IMG/VR virus record: IMGVR_UViG_3300028888_000058
Location: 103,060 to 148,414 of that record
Reading direction: 5' to 3' (one strand)
Source of the DNA: a virus
Lineage: Duplodnaviria; Heunggongvirae; Uroviricota; Caudoviricetes
Length of the DNA stretch: 45,355 nucleotides
Every line of letters begins with the position of its first letter. Position 1 is the first letter of the stretch. A model generated the notes under the pieces. That model was not told where the DNA came from. It did no database searches and saw only the letters and a list, made by a program, of their open reading frames with translations. The position numbers and the translations under genes are program-made. Below are positions 9,478 through 18,041 of this stretch, in pieces.

Positions 9478-9916
9478 TATATTTGATTCTGAATGTCAGA
9501 CATTAGTCAATACTGTTAATTGTATGGGTGTAATGGGAAAAGGCATCGCATTACAATATAAGCAACGATATCCTGAGATGTTTAATGAATACAGATATGT
9601 ATGCAAAAATAATACAAGAGAACATCATTTATCACATGGTGGAGATATATGGATTTGGGATTATGTAGATATGTTCAAACAAAGAAAGATACTTTGTTTT
9701 GCGACAAAAGTAATGTGGCAATATCCATCAAAGATAGAATGGATAGAACGTGGACTACAAAACTTTGTAAACAATTATAAAAAATGGAATATTGCATCAA
9801 TAGCATGGCCTAAGTTAGGATGTGCAAATGGTAAACTTGATTGGGAAACACAAGTAAAACCACTTATGATAAAATATTTAAATGATATAGATATAACATG
9901 TGAAATTTATGAATAA
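9455..9916 (+). CDS. macrodomain protein, DarG/Poa1p-like ADP-ribosylhydrolase
   Basis: GNIF...LVNTVNCMGVMGKGIALQYK...FATK..W...SKIEWIERGL...SIAWPKLGCANGKLDW. Confidence 0.88.
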   Translation: MIIFKTGNIFDSECQTLVNTVNCMGVMGKGIALQYKQRYPEMFNEYRYVCKNNTREHHLSHGGDIWIWDYVDMFKQRKILCFATKVMWQYPSKIEWIERGLQNFVNNYKKWNIASIAWPKLGCANGKLDWETQVKPLMIKYLNDIDITCEIYE

Positions 9917-9933
9917 ATAAAAATATTAATATT

Positions 9934-10275
9934 ATGATAGACAATTACACAAGTTTAATTTACGGTTGGAAATTGACCGGAGATAAAATCAATAAGTTTG
10001 AAGAAGCTATGAATGAGATCAATGAAGATTGGTTTGATGATACTCAAAATGTAGTTATTAAAGATCATATGTGTGGCAAGTATATCTATTTTGGTCCTAT
10101 ACTAGCTCATTATGATTCTAATGAGGAAAATGAATTAATTATTGATAACAAACTTATTAATAAGATAACAAAATCATATAATGATTTTATTAAGAAGAAT
10201 CCTGATATTGATAAGATATTTAGTAAGTATGCAAAAGGAAAGCCACAATTATATTTACTTCAGAACATATGGTAA
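9934..10275 (+). CDS. hypothetical protein
   Basis: 113 aa. Confidence 0.7.
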   Translation: MIDNYTSLIYGWKLTGDKINKFEEAMNEINEDWFDDTQNVVIKDHMCGKYIYFGPILAHYDSNEENELIIDNKLINKITKSYNDFIKKNPDIDKIFSKYAKGKPQLYLLQNIW

Positions 10276-10406
10276 GTCTAAATAAAAAGAAGAAAGCAAA
10301 GAATGCATATTTAGCAAATGCAAACAAGACTGATGATAAATTGAAAAGAGTGAACTTTTTTAATAAGATAAGCAGGAAAAAAATTAAGAATATAGATGAA
10401 AACTAA
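10269..10406 (+). CDS. small basic hypothetical protein (not in ORF track)
   Basis: Hand-translated 45 aa MVSLNKKKKAKNAYLANANKTDDKLKRVNFFNKISRKKIKNIDEN; fills the gap and overlaps both neighbours. Confidence 0.5.
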   Translation: MVSLNKKKKAKNAYLANANKTDDKLKRVNFFNKISRKKIKNIDEN

Positions 10407-11529
10407 AGAAGATCATATTAAGAAGATTAAAGAAGCTCAGGATAAATATTATAAAGAAAGCCCATGTCTTCATTGTGGACCTGGAAATGGTTGTGATGAC
10501 TGTCGTGGTTGTGAAGATGCTAAAAAGAACTACGATTTACAAAAAGTATTACGTGAGGCTTTAGATGAATATGAAAAGACTTATGGTATATCATATCAAT
10601 GCGAAGAGTTAATTAAATCAACAGAAGAAGCAGAAATTAAATGGCTTGACATAAGACAGAAATGTACTGAATGTGGTAAAAGTTTAGCATCTGGCTGTTT
10701 AGAATGCAATAGATATTCAGCATTGATAAATTCATTAAATAAATTTAAATATCTTAAGGAAGATCTTGAAAGACAATATCATATTCAATATGAAGATTAT
10801 AAGAATAAACAAGATAATAACATAAAAAATAGTAAAGTTATGATTATGACTGATGAACAGAAAAGAGACTTGATAATTGATTCAGGTGTTACAATTAAGC
10901 AATGGATAGATTATAATATCAATAAATATGGTGCTCAGAATTTCTTTGATTGTGTTAATAATAGTTGGGATGATAAAATGATTGAATCTATTAAACAGTC
11001 ATTATTAGAAGAAATTAAGACTAAGATCAAACCAAGAAATATTGAAACTATTGATGATCTTGCTAATCTGCTTGATGGTAATGAATATGGAGATGAACTT
11101 CGTAATGAATATAACCTTAATGTAGAAGAAATCTGTAAAAAAAATAACTGGGTAGTAGTATTTGGATATTCTGATGATAACTTAGAATTACGTGGTGCTA
11201 TTGATGATGAGATAGGAGCATGGGAAGGTATTACTATTAAATTAGTTAAGCCTGGTGATTTCTATTTGGTTGATGAATATGAAGAGACATATCAGAAAGC
11301 TAAAGAAACAATGTTTACTTCTATTGAAGATTCAGAATTTGAAGAACTTAAGAAAGACAACTATAAAGGAACTTGCGTTATTGAATGTCTTTGGTGTCCT
11401 GAAGATTCTGATGCATCATGGCAGTTTAATTGTGCTGGAGCTCCATCAATAAGATTCAATATTATGGAGGAAGAAGAACTATATGCAGAATGCCTTGTTA
11501 TAGATTTAAATTGTTTAATAAATGGGTGA
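10396..11529 (+). CDS. hypothetical protein: Cys-rich N-terminal region plus acidic C-terminal domain
   Basis: CLHCGPGNGCDDCRGC and CTECGKSLASGCLEC clusters; C-terminal VVVFGYSDDNLELRGAIDDE segment resembles a recurring phage hypothetical family. Confidence 0.7.
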   Translation: MKTKEDHIKKIKEAQDKYYKESPCLHCGPGNGCDDCRGCEDAKKNYDLQKVLREALDEYEKTYGISYQCEELIKSTEEAEIKWLDIRQKCTECGKSLASGCLECNRYSALINSLNKFKYLKEDLERQYHIQYEDYKNKQDNNIKNSKVMIMTDEQKRDLIIDSGVTIKQWIDYNINKYGAQNFFDCVNNSWDDKMIESIKQSLLEEIKTKIKPRNIETIDDLANLLDGNEYGDELRNEYNLNVEEICKKNNWVVVFGYSDDNLELRGAIDDEIGAWEGITIKLVKPGDFYLVDEYEETYQKAKETMFTSIEDSEFEELKKDNYKGTCVIECLWCPEDSDASWQFNCAGAPSIRFNIMEEEELYAECLVIDLNCLING

Positions 11530-11782
11530 TTATGAAATATATAAGTCTTTCGGTAAAGTAATTAGTAAGAAAGAATCTAATTATAAGCTTGCATTAGTAT
11601 TTGCATCATGGTATGAAAAACCATATTATAAATTTATAATATGGATTGAACAATGTAAAAGATATATTAATGCAGAACATAAACTTAAATCAGAAAATCC
11701 ATTTCTTGGTTGTTTTACATTTTTTATGATATTTGTTGTTATAATATTTATGATAGGCATTATTTATATAATTGGTAAATAG
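11522..11782 (+). CDS. hypothetical membrane protein
   Basis: C-terminal hydrophobic stretch FTFFMIFVVIIFMIGIIYIIG. Confidence 0.65.
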   Translation: MGDYEIYKSFGKVISKKESNYKLALVFASWYEKPYYKFIIWIEQCKRYINAEHKLKSENPFLGCFTFFMIFVVIIFMIGIIYIIGK

Positions 11783-11784
11783 TT

Positions 11785-11988
11785 ATGGGAAGAAGAACAA
11801 AAGTTAGATTATTTTTAGGTCGTTTCAATTATGCGACTGTGTATTTAGATGAGATTAAGAATCTTGAACAGAACTGTGATTATTGGTTTATTGAGATGAA
11901 AGATGGTAATATCTGGGAAGATACAGATCATTTAGTATTTACGAATGAAGATGTTCCAGTAGGATATTTTGTTAAAGATCCTGAATAA
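11785..11988 (+). CDS. hypothetical protein
   Basis: 67 aa, packed in operon. Confidence 0.6.
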   Translation: MGRRTKVRLFLGRFNYATVYLDEIKNLEQNCDYWFIEMKDGNIWEDTDHLVFTNEDVPVGYFVKDPE

Positions 11989-12130
11989 AATATAAAATTT
12001 ATAGATATTTTTCAAATATTTGTAAATTTTTTTTTATATTTTTTGAATTTTATTTGAAATACTTTACTATATTTTATTATTAACTTTAAAATCCCACATA
12101 TAAAAATATATACATGGGATTAATTATAAA

Positions 12131-13348
12131 GTGAGTAGACAGTTTAATTTAAGTAAAGTATCTTCAAATAAAATTGATAGTTTTTTAGATTCTGTAGAAA
12201 ATAATATTATTGATCACGAATTTTTTGATAATTTCGAAGACATTGTATTTAAAGATGTCAAAATGCTAAAAGACTGTTCAGAATCAGTCATAGTAGATTA
12301 TTATATAGAAGAATGCAATAAACTTTTAAATGCATATGAATTTGAAATTTACGAAAAATTTTATGATGATCTAAAAGAAAGAACTAGAAAACGTTTAGCT
12401 AACAAATATGTATCTAAAGCTACATTCGATAACAATATAGATATTTATTTTAATGAAGTAAAACGTGAATATATCTTGCACCCTATGGGAGAGTCTGATG
12501 AGATGGCTTTTGTACCAGAGAATAAAGATATATTCATAAAGAATAATTTAAAACTTGTTATTGATTGTGCAAAACGTTATCAGAATCTCGGATTACCATT
12601 AGAAGATTTGATACAAGCAGGTAATGAAGGACTACTGATGGCATTCAATAAATTCGATACAGATAGATCAAATCTTAGAAATAATATTTTAAATGACATT
12701 AAAGAATCTTCCAATAATGAGTTTACGTTAGAAGAAGCAGAACAAATTATAAGGAAGAATTTTAAGTATTCTAAAATATTAGATCCAACATTAAAGAAAC
12801 TTCCATATAATGGTTTTAATTCAAAATTTGATTTTATAGAATGGACGAATAATAATGTTAAGAAAGCATCATTTTCATCCATAGGATTTGCATGGATTCG
12901 TGCAATGATATTAGCAGAAATTGGAAAGGTAGGTAAGATAATCAGAGTTCCAAAGTCTGCTCAGAAAAAAGGCATATCTCCAGTAAACGTATTACGATTA
13001 GATAGTATGAACCCACATACTGAAGATACATATCATGATAATCAGATATCTCGTGTTGCTAATGAAGAGTTCGTTATAGAAGATGAGATAATGGAAAACA
13101 TGGAACGCCAGAATCTATTTAAAGAAGTGATCGAACGAGCATTAGGAAACGTATCTGCATTAGACAGAAGAATTATCAAAAAGAAATTTGGAATTGAAAA
13201 ACCGTTCCCAATGTCTATAAATGAAATCGCAGAAAATGAAGGCATATCTCCAAATAAAGTTAAATATAGCATATCTAATACATTGAAAGCTATAGAACAA
13301 TATATGCCTGCTATGGATAAAAAAGTTATTAAAGAAATGTTAGGATGA
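12131..13348 (+). CDS. sigma70-family RNA polymerase sigma factor (phage-encoded, with insertion in region 2)
   Basis: NNLKLVIDCAKRYQNLGLPLEDLIQAGNEGLLMAFNKFD (regions 2.1-2.2); FSSIGFAWIR..IRVP (2.3-2.4); region 4 RRIIKKKFGI..PMSINEIAENEGIS; GTG start. Confidence 0.88.
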   Translation: MSRQFNLSKVSSNKIDSFLDSVENNIIDHEFFDNFEDIVFKDVKMLKDCSESVIVDYYIEECNKLLNAYEFEIYEKFYDDLKERTRKRLANKYVSKATFDNNIDIYFNEVKREYILHPMGESDEMAFVPENKDIFIKNNLKLVIDCAKRYQNLGLPLEDLIQAGNEGLLMAFNKFDTDRSNLRNNILNDIKESSNNEFTLEEAEQIIRKNFKYSKILDPTLKKLPYNGFNSKFDFIEWTNNNVKKASFSSIGFAWIRAMILAEIGKVGKIIRVPKSAQKKGISPVNVLRLDSMNPHTEDTYHDNQISRVANEEFVIEDEIMENMERQNLFKEVIERALGNVSALDRRIIKKKFGIEKPFPMSINEIAENEGISPNKVKYSISNTLKAIEQYMPAMDKKVIKEMLG

Positions 13349-13872
13349 AAACGTTTAAAGATATTAAGTCTGGGGATAAGATATATTTTATTCAAGACTA
13401 TGAAAAGCTGAATGGACAGAAACCAACAAGTAATATTCAAGAAATATTTGCTTCATTAATGACAGAACCTGAAGTAATAACAGAAGGTATTGATATATGC
13501 GAAGTTGAAGTAAAAGATGTAGAATATCCTGCTATACGAAGATGGCCTGTGCAATATATGAAAATGTCTGGTGATAGACCAAACGGAGTTGGCACATCAT
13601 ATGCAGAAGAACCTGATGAAGAACATATAACAATCAAATTAGAATCTATTTATGATTCAAATATTGAGACTTCATTTGATGCGCCAATAGATAACACATC
13701 ATATTCACCAATAAAAGGCGGTACATATTATATTACAAAGAAAGAAGCTATTAAATCATTTAAAAAACTTAGTGATTTCTATGTAAATAAATATATGGAA
13801 GAATCAATAAAATATAAGCAAAAAGCATTAGGTCTTAAAGAATATAAAAAACATATAACATCTACATTCTAA
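13345..13872 (+). CDS. hypothetical protein (FxDLKxGD-start family)
   Basis: N-term FKDIKSGDKIYFI; C-term YYITKKEAIKSF followed by a helix. Confidence 0.7.
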   Translation: MKTFKDIKSGDKIYFIQDYEKLNGQKPTSNIQEIFASLMTEPEVITEGIDICEVEVKDVEYPAIRRWPVQYMKMSGDRPNGVGTSYAEEPDEEHITIKLESIYDSNIETSFDAPIDNTSYSPIKGGTYYITKKEAIKSFKKLSDFYVNKYMEESIKYKQKALGLKEYKKHITSTF

Positions 13873-13873
13873 T

Positions 13874-14245
13874 ATGCCATTTATTGAAATTAATCCAGGT
13901 ACAGTATTGATGTTTATGGCTAATAAGTCAGATAAAGATACATTTGAAACAACTCCAGAAGAATTAATAGAATTCGGTATATGCATAGAAAAACAAAGAA
14001 GCATATATAGATTAGAAGACTTTGGAAATTTTGATAGTCTTAATTGCTTACTTGGTATGAAAGACTGGGCTCCAATGATGTTTCATATAACATATCAAGG
14101 AAAAGAAGACCGATGGGAATGGGATAAAGTTGAAGTCAATAAGAAACATCGGCTATGGGATTACATGTTTAATAGATACATTCTTGACAAAGAGAATGAA
14201 TATTTTGAAAAAGCATATGAAGAATATTTAAATAATAAAAAATAA
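13874..14245 (+). CDS. hypothetical protein
   Basis: 123 aa. Confidence 0.7.
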   Translation: MPFIEINPGTVLMFMANKSDKDTFETTPEELIEFGICIEKQRSIYRLEDFGNFDSLNCLLGMKDWAPMMFHITYQGKEDRWEWDKVEVNKKHRLWDYMFNRYILDKENEYFEKAYEEYLNNKK

Positions 14246-14251
14246 ATATTA

Positions 14252-14280
14252 TTTGAATTTTTAAATCTAAGTTCTATATT
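14252..14280 (+). promoter_or_regulatory. candidate promoter TTGAAT-N16-TATATT
   Basis: TTGAAT 14253-14258; CTATATT 14274-14280; 24 bp upstream of 14305. Confidence 0.4.
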
Positions 14281-14304
14281 AATTTATCAAATAAAATTTA
14301 TAAT

Positions 14305-15018
14305 ATGGAACTTAGAATTGGTTTTGCAAACAAGTATTACACCCTTTGGGAGTATTCCGAAGAAGTAATGGAAACATCTCGCGGTAAGTTCTTTGTTAAG
14401 CGTTACAAATACCGTCATAATCTTTCATTTGATAAGGACCGTGCATTTGCTAAGTTCCCAGGAGCTGTATTTGATGAAACTTTGGTTGGTCGCCGTGGTT
14501 CTTGGTCAACTTCCTCTCGTATTATTGATAATAATAAGTTCCATGTTGGAAAGTATGCCAACAAATTGTTCATAGATGTTGATGATTACGACTACATGAT
14601 GTGGTTCGCAAATAATTGCTGTAATGATGAACAGAAATCAAATCTTGTTCCTATTTTGATTGAGCACGGATACGGTTATATTCCTGGTGATGATTATCTA
14701 AAGTCTCCGAAAGACATAGAGGAATATAATAAGGAGCAGGAGAAGATCAATTATGGTAAGTCTAAATTGGAGAAGGGAATTCCATTTATTGTTACTTTTA
14801 CTCGTAACCTTAATAATGAAGGTGAGTATTTTGTTGAGCCACTCGGTATTACTGTTAAGTTCCAGAATTTCAATATTTACTATTATCATGAATTCCCTTA
14901 CGGTCTTCCTTGTGATAATAACGGAAAGGGCAAGAGAATTAAAAATCGTCAGGTAATGATTGGACAGTATATTGCTGACGGTGAGACTGCAATTGTGACA
15001 GATTGGAAATATGTTTAA
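14305..15018 (+). CDS. hypothetical protein with host-like codon usage
   Basis: 237 aa; many CGT/CGC, TTC, TAC, AAG, CAG codons; FHVGKYANKLFIDVDDYDYMMW weakly resembles FGKYKG...D.P..YL.W motifs. Confidence 0.75.
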   Translation: MELRIGFANKYYTLWEYSEEVMETSRGKFFVKRYKYRHNLSFDKDRAFAKFPGAVFDETLVGRRGSWSTSSRIIDNNKFHVGKYANKLFIDVDDYDYMMWFANNCCNDEQKSNLVPILIEHGYGYIPGDDYLKSPKDIEEYNKEQEKINYGKSKLEKGIPFIVTFTRNLNNEGEYFVEPLGITVKFQNFNIYYYHEFPYGLPCDNNGKGKRIKNRQVMIGQYIADGETAIVTDWKYV

Positions 15019-15039
15019 ATCTAATATATTATTAATAAA

Positions 15040-15084
15040 TTGAAAAACATAGGTTACATAACTATATTATTTTAGTTATGTAAC
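15040..15084 (+). promoter_or_regulatory. candidate promoter TTGAAA-N17-TATATT overlapping a 12-bp inverted repeat
   Basis: TTGAAA 15040-15045; TATATT 15063-15068; hairpin GTTACATAACTA-TATTATTT-TAGTTATGTAAC 15053-15084, which may also terminate the upstream gene. Confidence 0.5.
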
Positions 15085-15135
15085 TTTTTATTTTTGATAT
15101 ATAAAAAAATGTAAATAAGATATATAGAAATTATA

Positions 15136-17028
15136 ATGACAAAGAAAATTGAAGAGAAATACCAGGAGTTATCAGAAGTTCAACATGTTCTACATCGTAG
15201 TGGAATGTGGGTAGGATCAACAAAATATGAAGAAAAGGATGCCTTCATTTATAATTATAAGACAGGAAAGTTTGAAATGAAAATTGTTAATTATATTCCT
15301 GCTATGTTAAAAATTGCTGATGAAGTCATTTCAAATTCTATTGACGAATTTAGACGTAAAGACAACATGGGGTTGACTGAGCTTTACGTTAAGATTGATA
15401 AAGATAATGGAGAAATTGTAGTAAGAGACAATGGTGGTATTCCTATTGTAAAACATAAAGATGCAGGTATCTATGTTCCTGAATTTATATTTGGACGATT
15501 ACGTACATCTTCAAACTATGATGATAATGAAGATAGAAACGTTATAGGGACGAATGGGGTTGGAGCAAGTCTAGCAAACATTTTTTCTACATATTTTGAA
15601 ATTGAATCTGCAGATGGCAAGAATGAATTTCATCGTTCTTGGTCTAATAATATGGAGACTTTAAATAATGATCTTAAAGTTACAAAATGCGGAAAGAAAA
15701 CTCATTATACACAGACGAGATTTAAATTAGATTTTAGTAGATTTGAAACTGAACTGACAACTTTTGATAATGACTTCATTAATATAATTCATAAAAGATG
15801 CATTGATGCTGCTGCAGCTAATCCAGGTCTTAAGGTAACATTCAATAGTGGTGGTGAAGATATTGAATGGAAGTTTAAGAAATTGGATGAATATATTGAT
15901 CTTTATTCTAATTTATTGAATATTCCTGATAAGATTCCATTTGAAAATGATTTATGTACTGCATGGATATTCCCAGATAGTTCTGTTGATGTTGGGTTTG
16001 TAAATGGTGCAGAATGTTCAAAAGGAACTCACATGCGTGCAATTAGAAATGAAATCAATCAAGCTGTGTGTGATTATCTTATAAAGAAAGACAAACTTAA
16101 GGATTTGACTACACGTGGAGTCGACAATAAGTATTCTGTATTTATAGATATTAATGTATCAAATCCTGCGTTCGATTCACAGACTAAAGATACGTTGACT
16201 ACTCCTATTGATAAGTTCTCAAAAGATGAGAAACTTAAGTGGGAAGTAAATGAAAAATTCTTAAATAAGATCATTAAGTCAGAAATCGTTGCATTAGTAA
16301 GAGATTGGTATAAACAGAAATCTGCGGCTGAGGATGAAAAGGCACTTCGTAAAATCAATAGGGAAACAAATAAAGGATTGAAACGCCCTGATAAATATAT
16401 AACATGTTCTTCAAAAGTAAGAGCAAATAAACAGCTATGGATCTTCGAAGGCGACTCTGCAAAGTCGGGCTTTAGAGGAGGTCGTAATCCAGAATTTCAG
16501 GCAGGCTATACAATGCGAGGAGTTCCACCTAATTGTTATGGAATGACACCACTTCAAGTTATGAAAAATGAAGTATTTAATGATATTGTAACAATTCTTG
16601 GTCTTAAGTGGGGTAAAGAATTCAATATCAATGATCTGAACTTCGGTAAGATTGTTATATCTACTGATGCTGATGTTGATGGTGATAAGATTGCGGCATT
16701 ACTTCTATTATTCTTTAATAATTGGCCTGAACTTATTGAAAAAGGAATTGTATGCAGAAGCCTATCTCCAATTATTATATCAAGAAAAGGAAAGGACTGT
16801 CAGAAATTCTATACAATGGATGAATTTAAAGAAGCTGAAAAGAAACTTAAAGGTTATTCTCATAAATATGCGAAAGGTCTTGGTGGTCTATCAAATCAAG
16901 AATCAAAGGAAATGTATCAAGAACCAAAATTCTTATATTTCAAAAAAGATGAAGCTGCAGATAGTATGTTTAGAAAATGGTTTGCAAAGGGCGATTCTGA
17001 AACACGTAAACAAATGTTGAATTCGTAA
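15136..17028 (+). CDS. type IIA DNA topoisomerase large subunit (GHKL ATPase + TOPRIM; T4 gp39+gp60-like)
   Basis: HVLHRSGMWVGS, DEVISNSIDE, RDNGGIP, GTNGVGASLANIFS, EGDSA, DADVDG, YAKGLG. Confidence 0.95.
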   Translation: MTKKIEEKYQELSEVQHVLHRSGMWVGSTKYEEKDAFIYNYKTGKFEMKIVNYIPAMLKIADEVISNSIDEFRRKDNMGLTELYVKIDKDNGEIVVRDNGGIPIVKHKDAGIYVPEFIFGRLRTSSNYDDNEDRNVIGTNGVGASLANIFSTYFEIESADGKNEFHRSWSNNMETLNNDLKVTKCGKKTHYTQTRFKLDFSRFETELTTFDNDFINIIHKRCIDAAAANPGLKVTFNSGGEDIEWKFKKLDEYIDLYSNLLNIPDKIPFENDLCTAWIFPDSSVDVGFVNGAECSKGTHMRAIRNEINQAVCDYLIKKDKLKDLTTRGVDNKYSVFIDINVSNPAFDSQTKDTLTTPIDKFSKDEKLKWEVNEKFLNKIIKSEIVALVRDWYKQKSAAEDEKALRKINRETNKGLKRPDKYITCSSKVRANKQLWIFEGDSAKSGFRGGRNPEFQAGYTMRGVPPNCYGMTPLQVMKNEVFNDIVTILGLKWGKEFNINDLNFGKIVISTDADVDGDKIAALLLLFFNNWPELIEKGIVCRSLSPIIISRKGKDCQKFYTMDEFKEAEKKLKGYSHKYAKGLGGLSNQESKEMYQEPKFLYFKKDEAADSMFRKWFAKGDSETRKQMLNS

Positions 17029-17216
17029 ATAAATCATAAATAAATTTTTATTTTTATATTAAATACATTATCAAGAAAATATAAAAATGGAATAAATGAA
17101 ACCATAAGTTATATACATTTTCCTAATGAGTTAGATTTATTTTAATAATTAATTTGTACATATTACTTAATTTATTTTATTTTTAATAAAATAAGAAAAT
17201 TAAAATTAATATAACT

Positions 17217-17846
17217 ATGAAACAACTCAAAATGTTTATAAATGAATCAGTCGATAGTAAGATTGAACAAGAATTTATTAATGCATTGTCTGAAGCTGCT
17301 AAATGGGCAAGTGGCACTTATTATGGACCTGATACAGAAGAAAAAAAATATAAAGGTCCTGAAAATCCTAATCATATTGAAGTAAACATTATTATAAATA
17401 CTCCAAAATTCGACAAAAAACAATCTACTAAAATAATTCAACGATGTGCAAACCAAATAATAGAAGGTTGGATTATATCAAATATGCCAGATGAATTAAT
17501 AGATTCTGAAGGTAAAAATTGGAGTAAAATTGAACCTGATAATACAACACATTATGATTTTGGATATTATAATGAAGAAAATAAGTCAAATAATATTAAT
17601 ATTGAAGTAAAATCATATAAAGATGGACAAATTAAAAATGTAAAATATTCATCTAATAATCAAAAGAACGATGTAGATTTATATATATTTGTTGATTATT
17701 CAATTACAGATAATGTTATTAAATTTAATTCTATTAAATTAAGTTGGAAAGGTGATACATTATCAGAAATAAAAACAAAGAATATTCCTGCAAAAGTTAT
17801 TAAAAATGGTAAAGATGCAATAACATTTTCATTAAAAGAAGAATAA
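17217..17846 (+). CDS. tagged protein with possible PD-(D/E)xK nuclease fold
   Basis: MKQLKMFINE; HYDF-x12-IEVKS resembles a D...ExK restriction-endonuclease motif. Confidence 0.5.
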   Translation: MKQLKMFINESVDSKIEQEFINALSEAAKWASGTYYGPDTEEKKYKGPENPNHIEVNIIINTPKFDKKQSTKIIQRCANQIIEGWIISNMPDELIDSEGKNWSKIEPDNTTHYDFGYYNEENKSNNINIEVKSYKDGQIKNVKYSSNNQKNDVDLYIFVDYSITDNVIKFNSIKLSWKGDTLSEIKTKNIPAKVIKNGKDAITFSLKEE

Positions 17847-17859
17847 TAAGTTAAAATAA

Positions 17860-17990
17860 TAATTAAAAAAAGCTGTACATTAAGTACAGCTTTTGTATTT
17901 TTATATATTCTTAACTATATTTAAATATATGTAAATCAAAAATAAAATAAATTAAGGAACTATTAAAATTAAGTTCCTTTTGTTTTATAT
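17860..17990 (+). repeat. intergenic direct repeat copy 1 (terminator + promoter-like + second hairpin)
   Basis: AAAAGCTGTAC-ATTAA-GTACAGCTTTT; TTGTAT-N17-TATATT (17893-17921); AAGGAACT..AGTTCCTT; aligns to 19074-19204. Confidence 0.9.
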
Positions 17991-18041
17991 AAAATCATTT
18001 TTTTTTTATTTTTATATAAATACAAAAAAATAAGTAAAGTT

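Noticed and set aside
12090-12121. AATCCCA/TGGGATT hairpin upstream of the sigma gene as a riboswitch or regulator
   Set aside because: Only a 7-bp stem with an 18-nt AT loop; too weak to call.
6885-15096. Bacteroidota -7 promoter TAnnTTTG (6885, 15089)
   Set aside because: Both matches coincide with terminator T-tracts. I could not separate them from chance, so they are not called.
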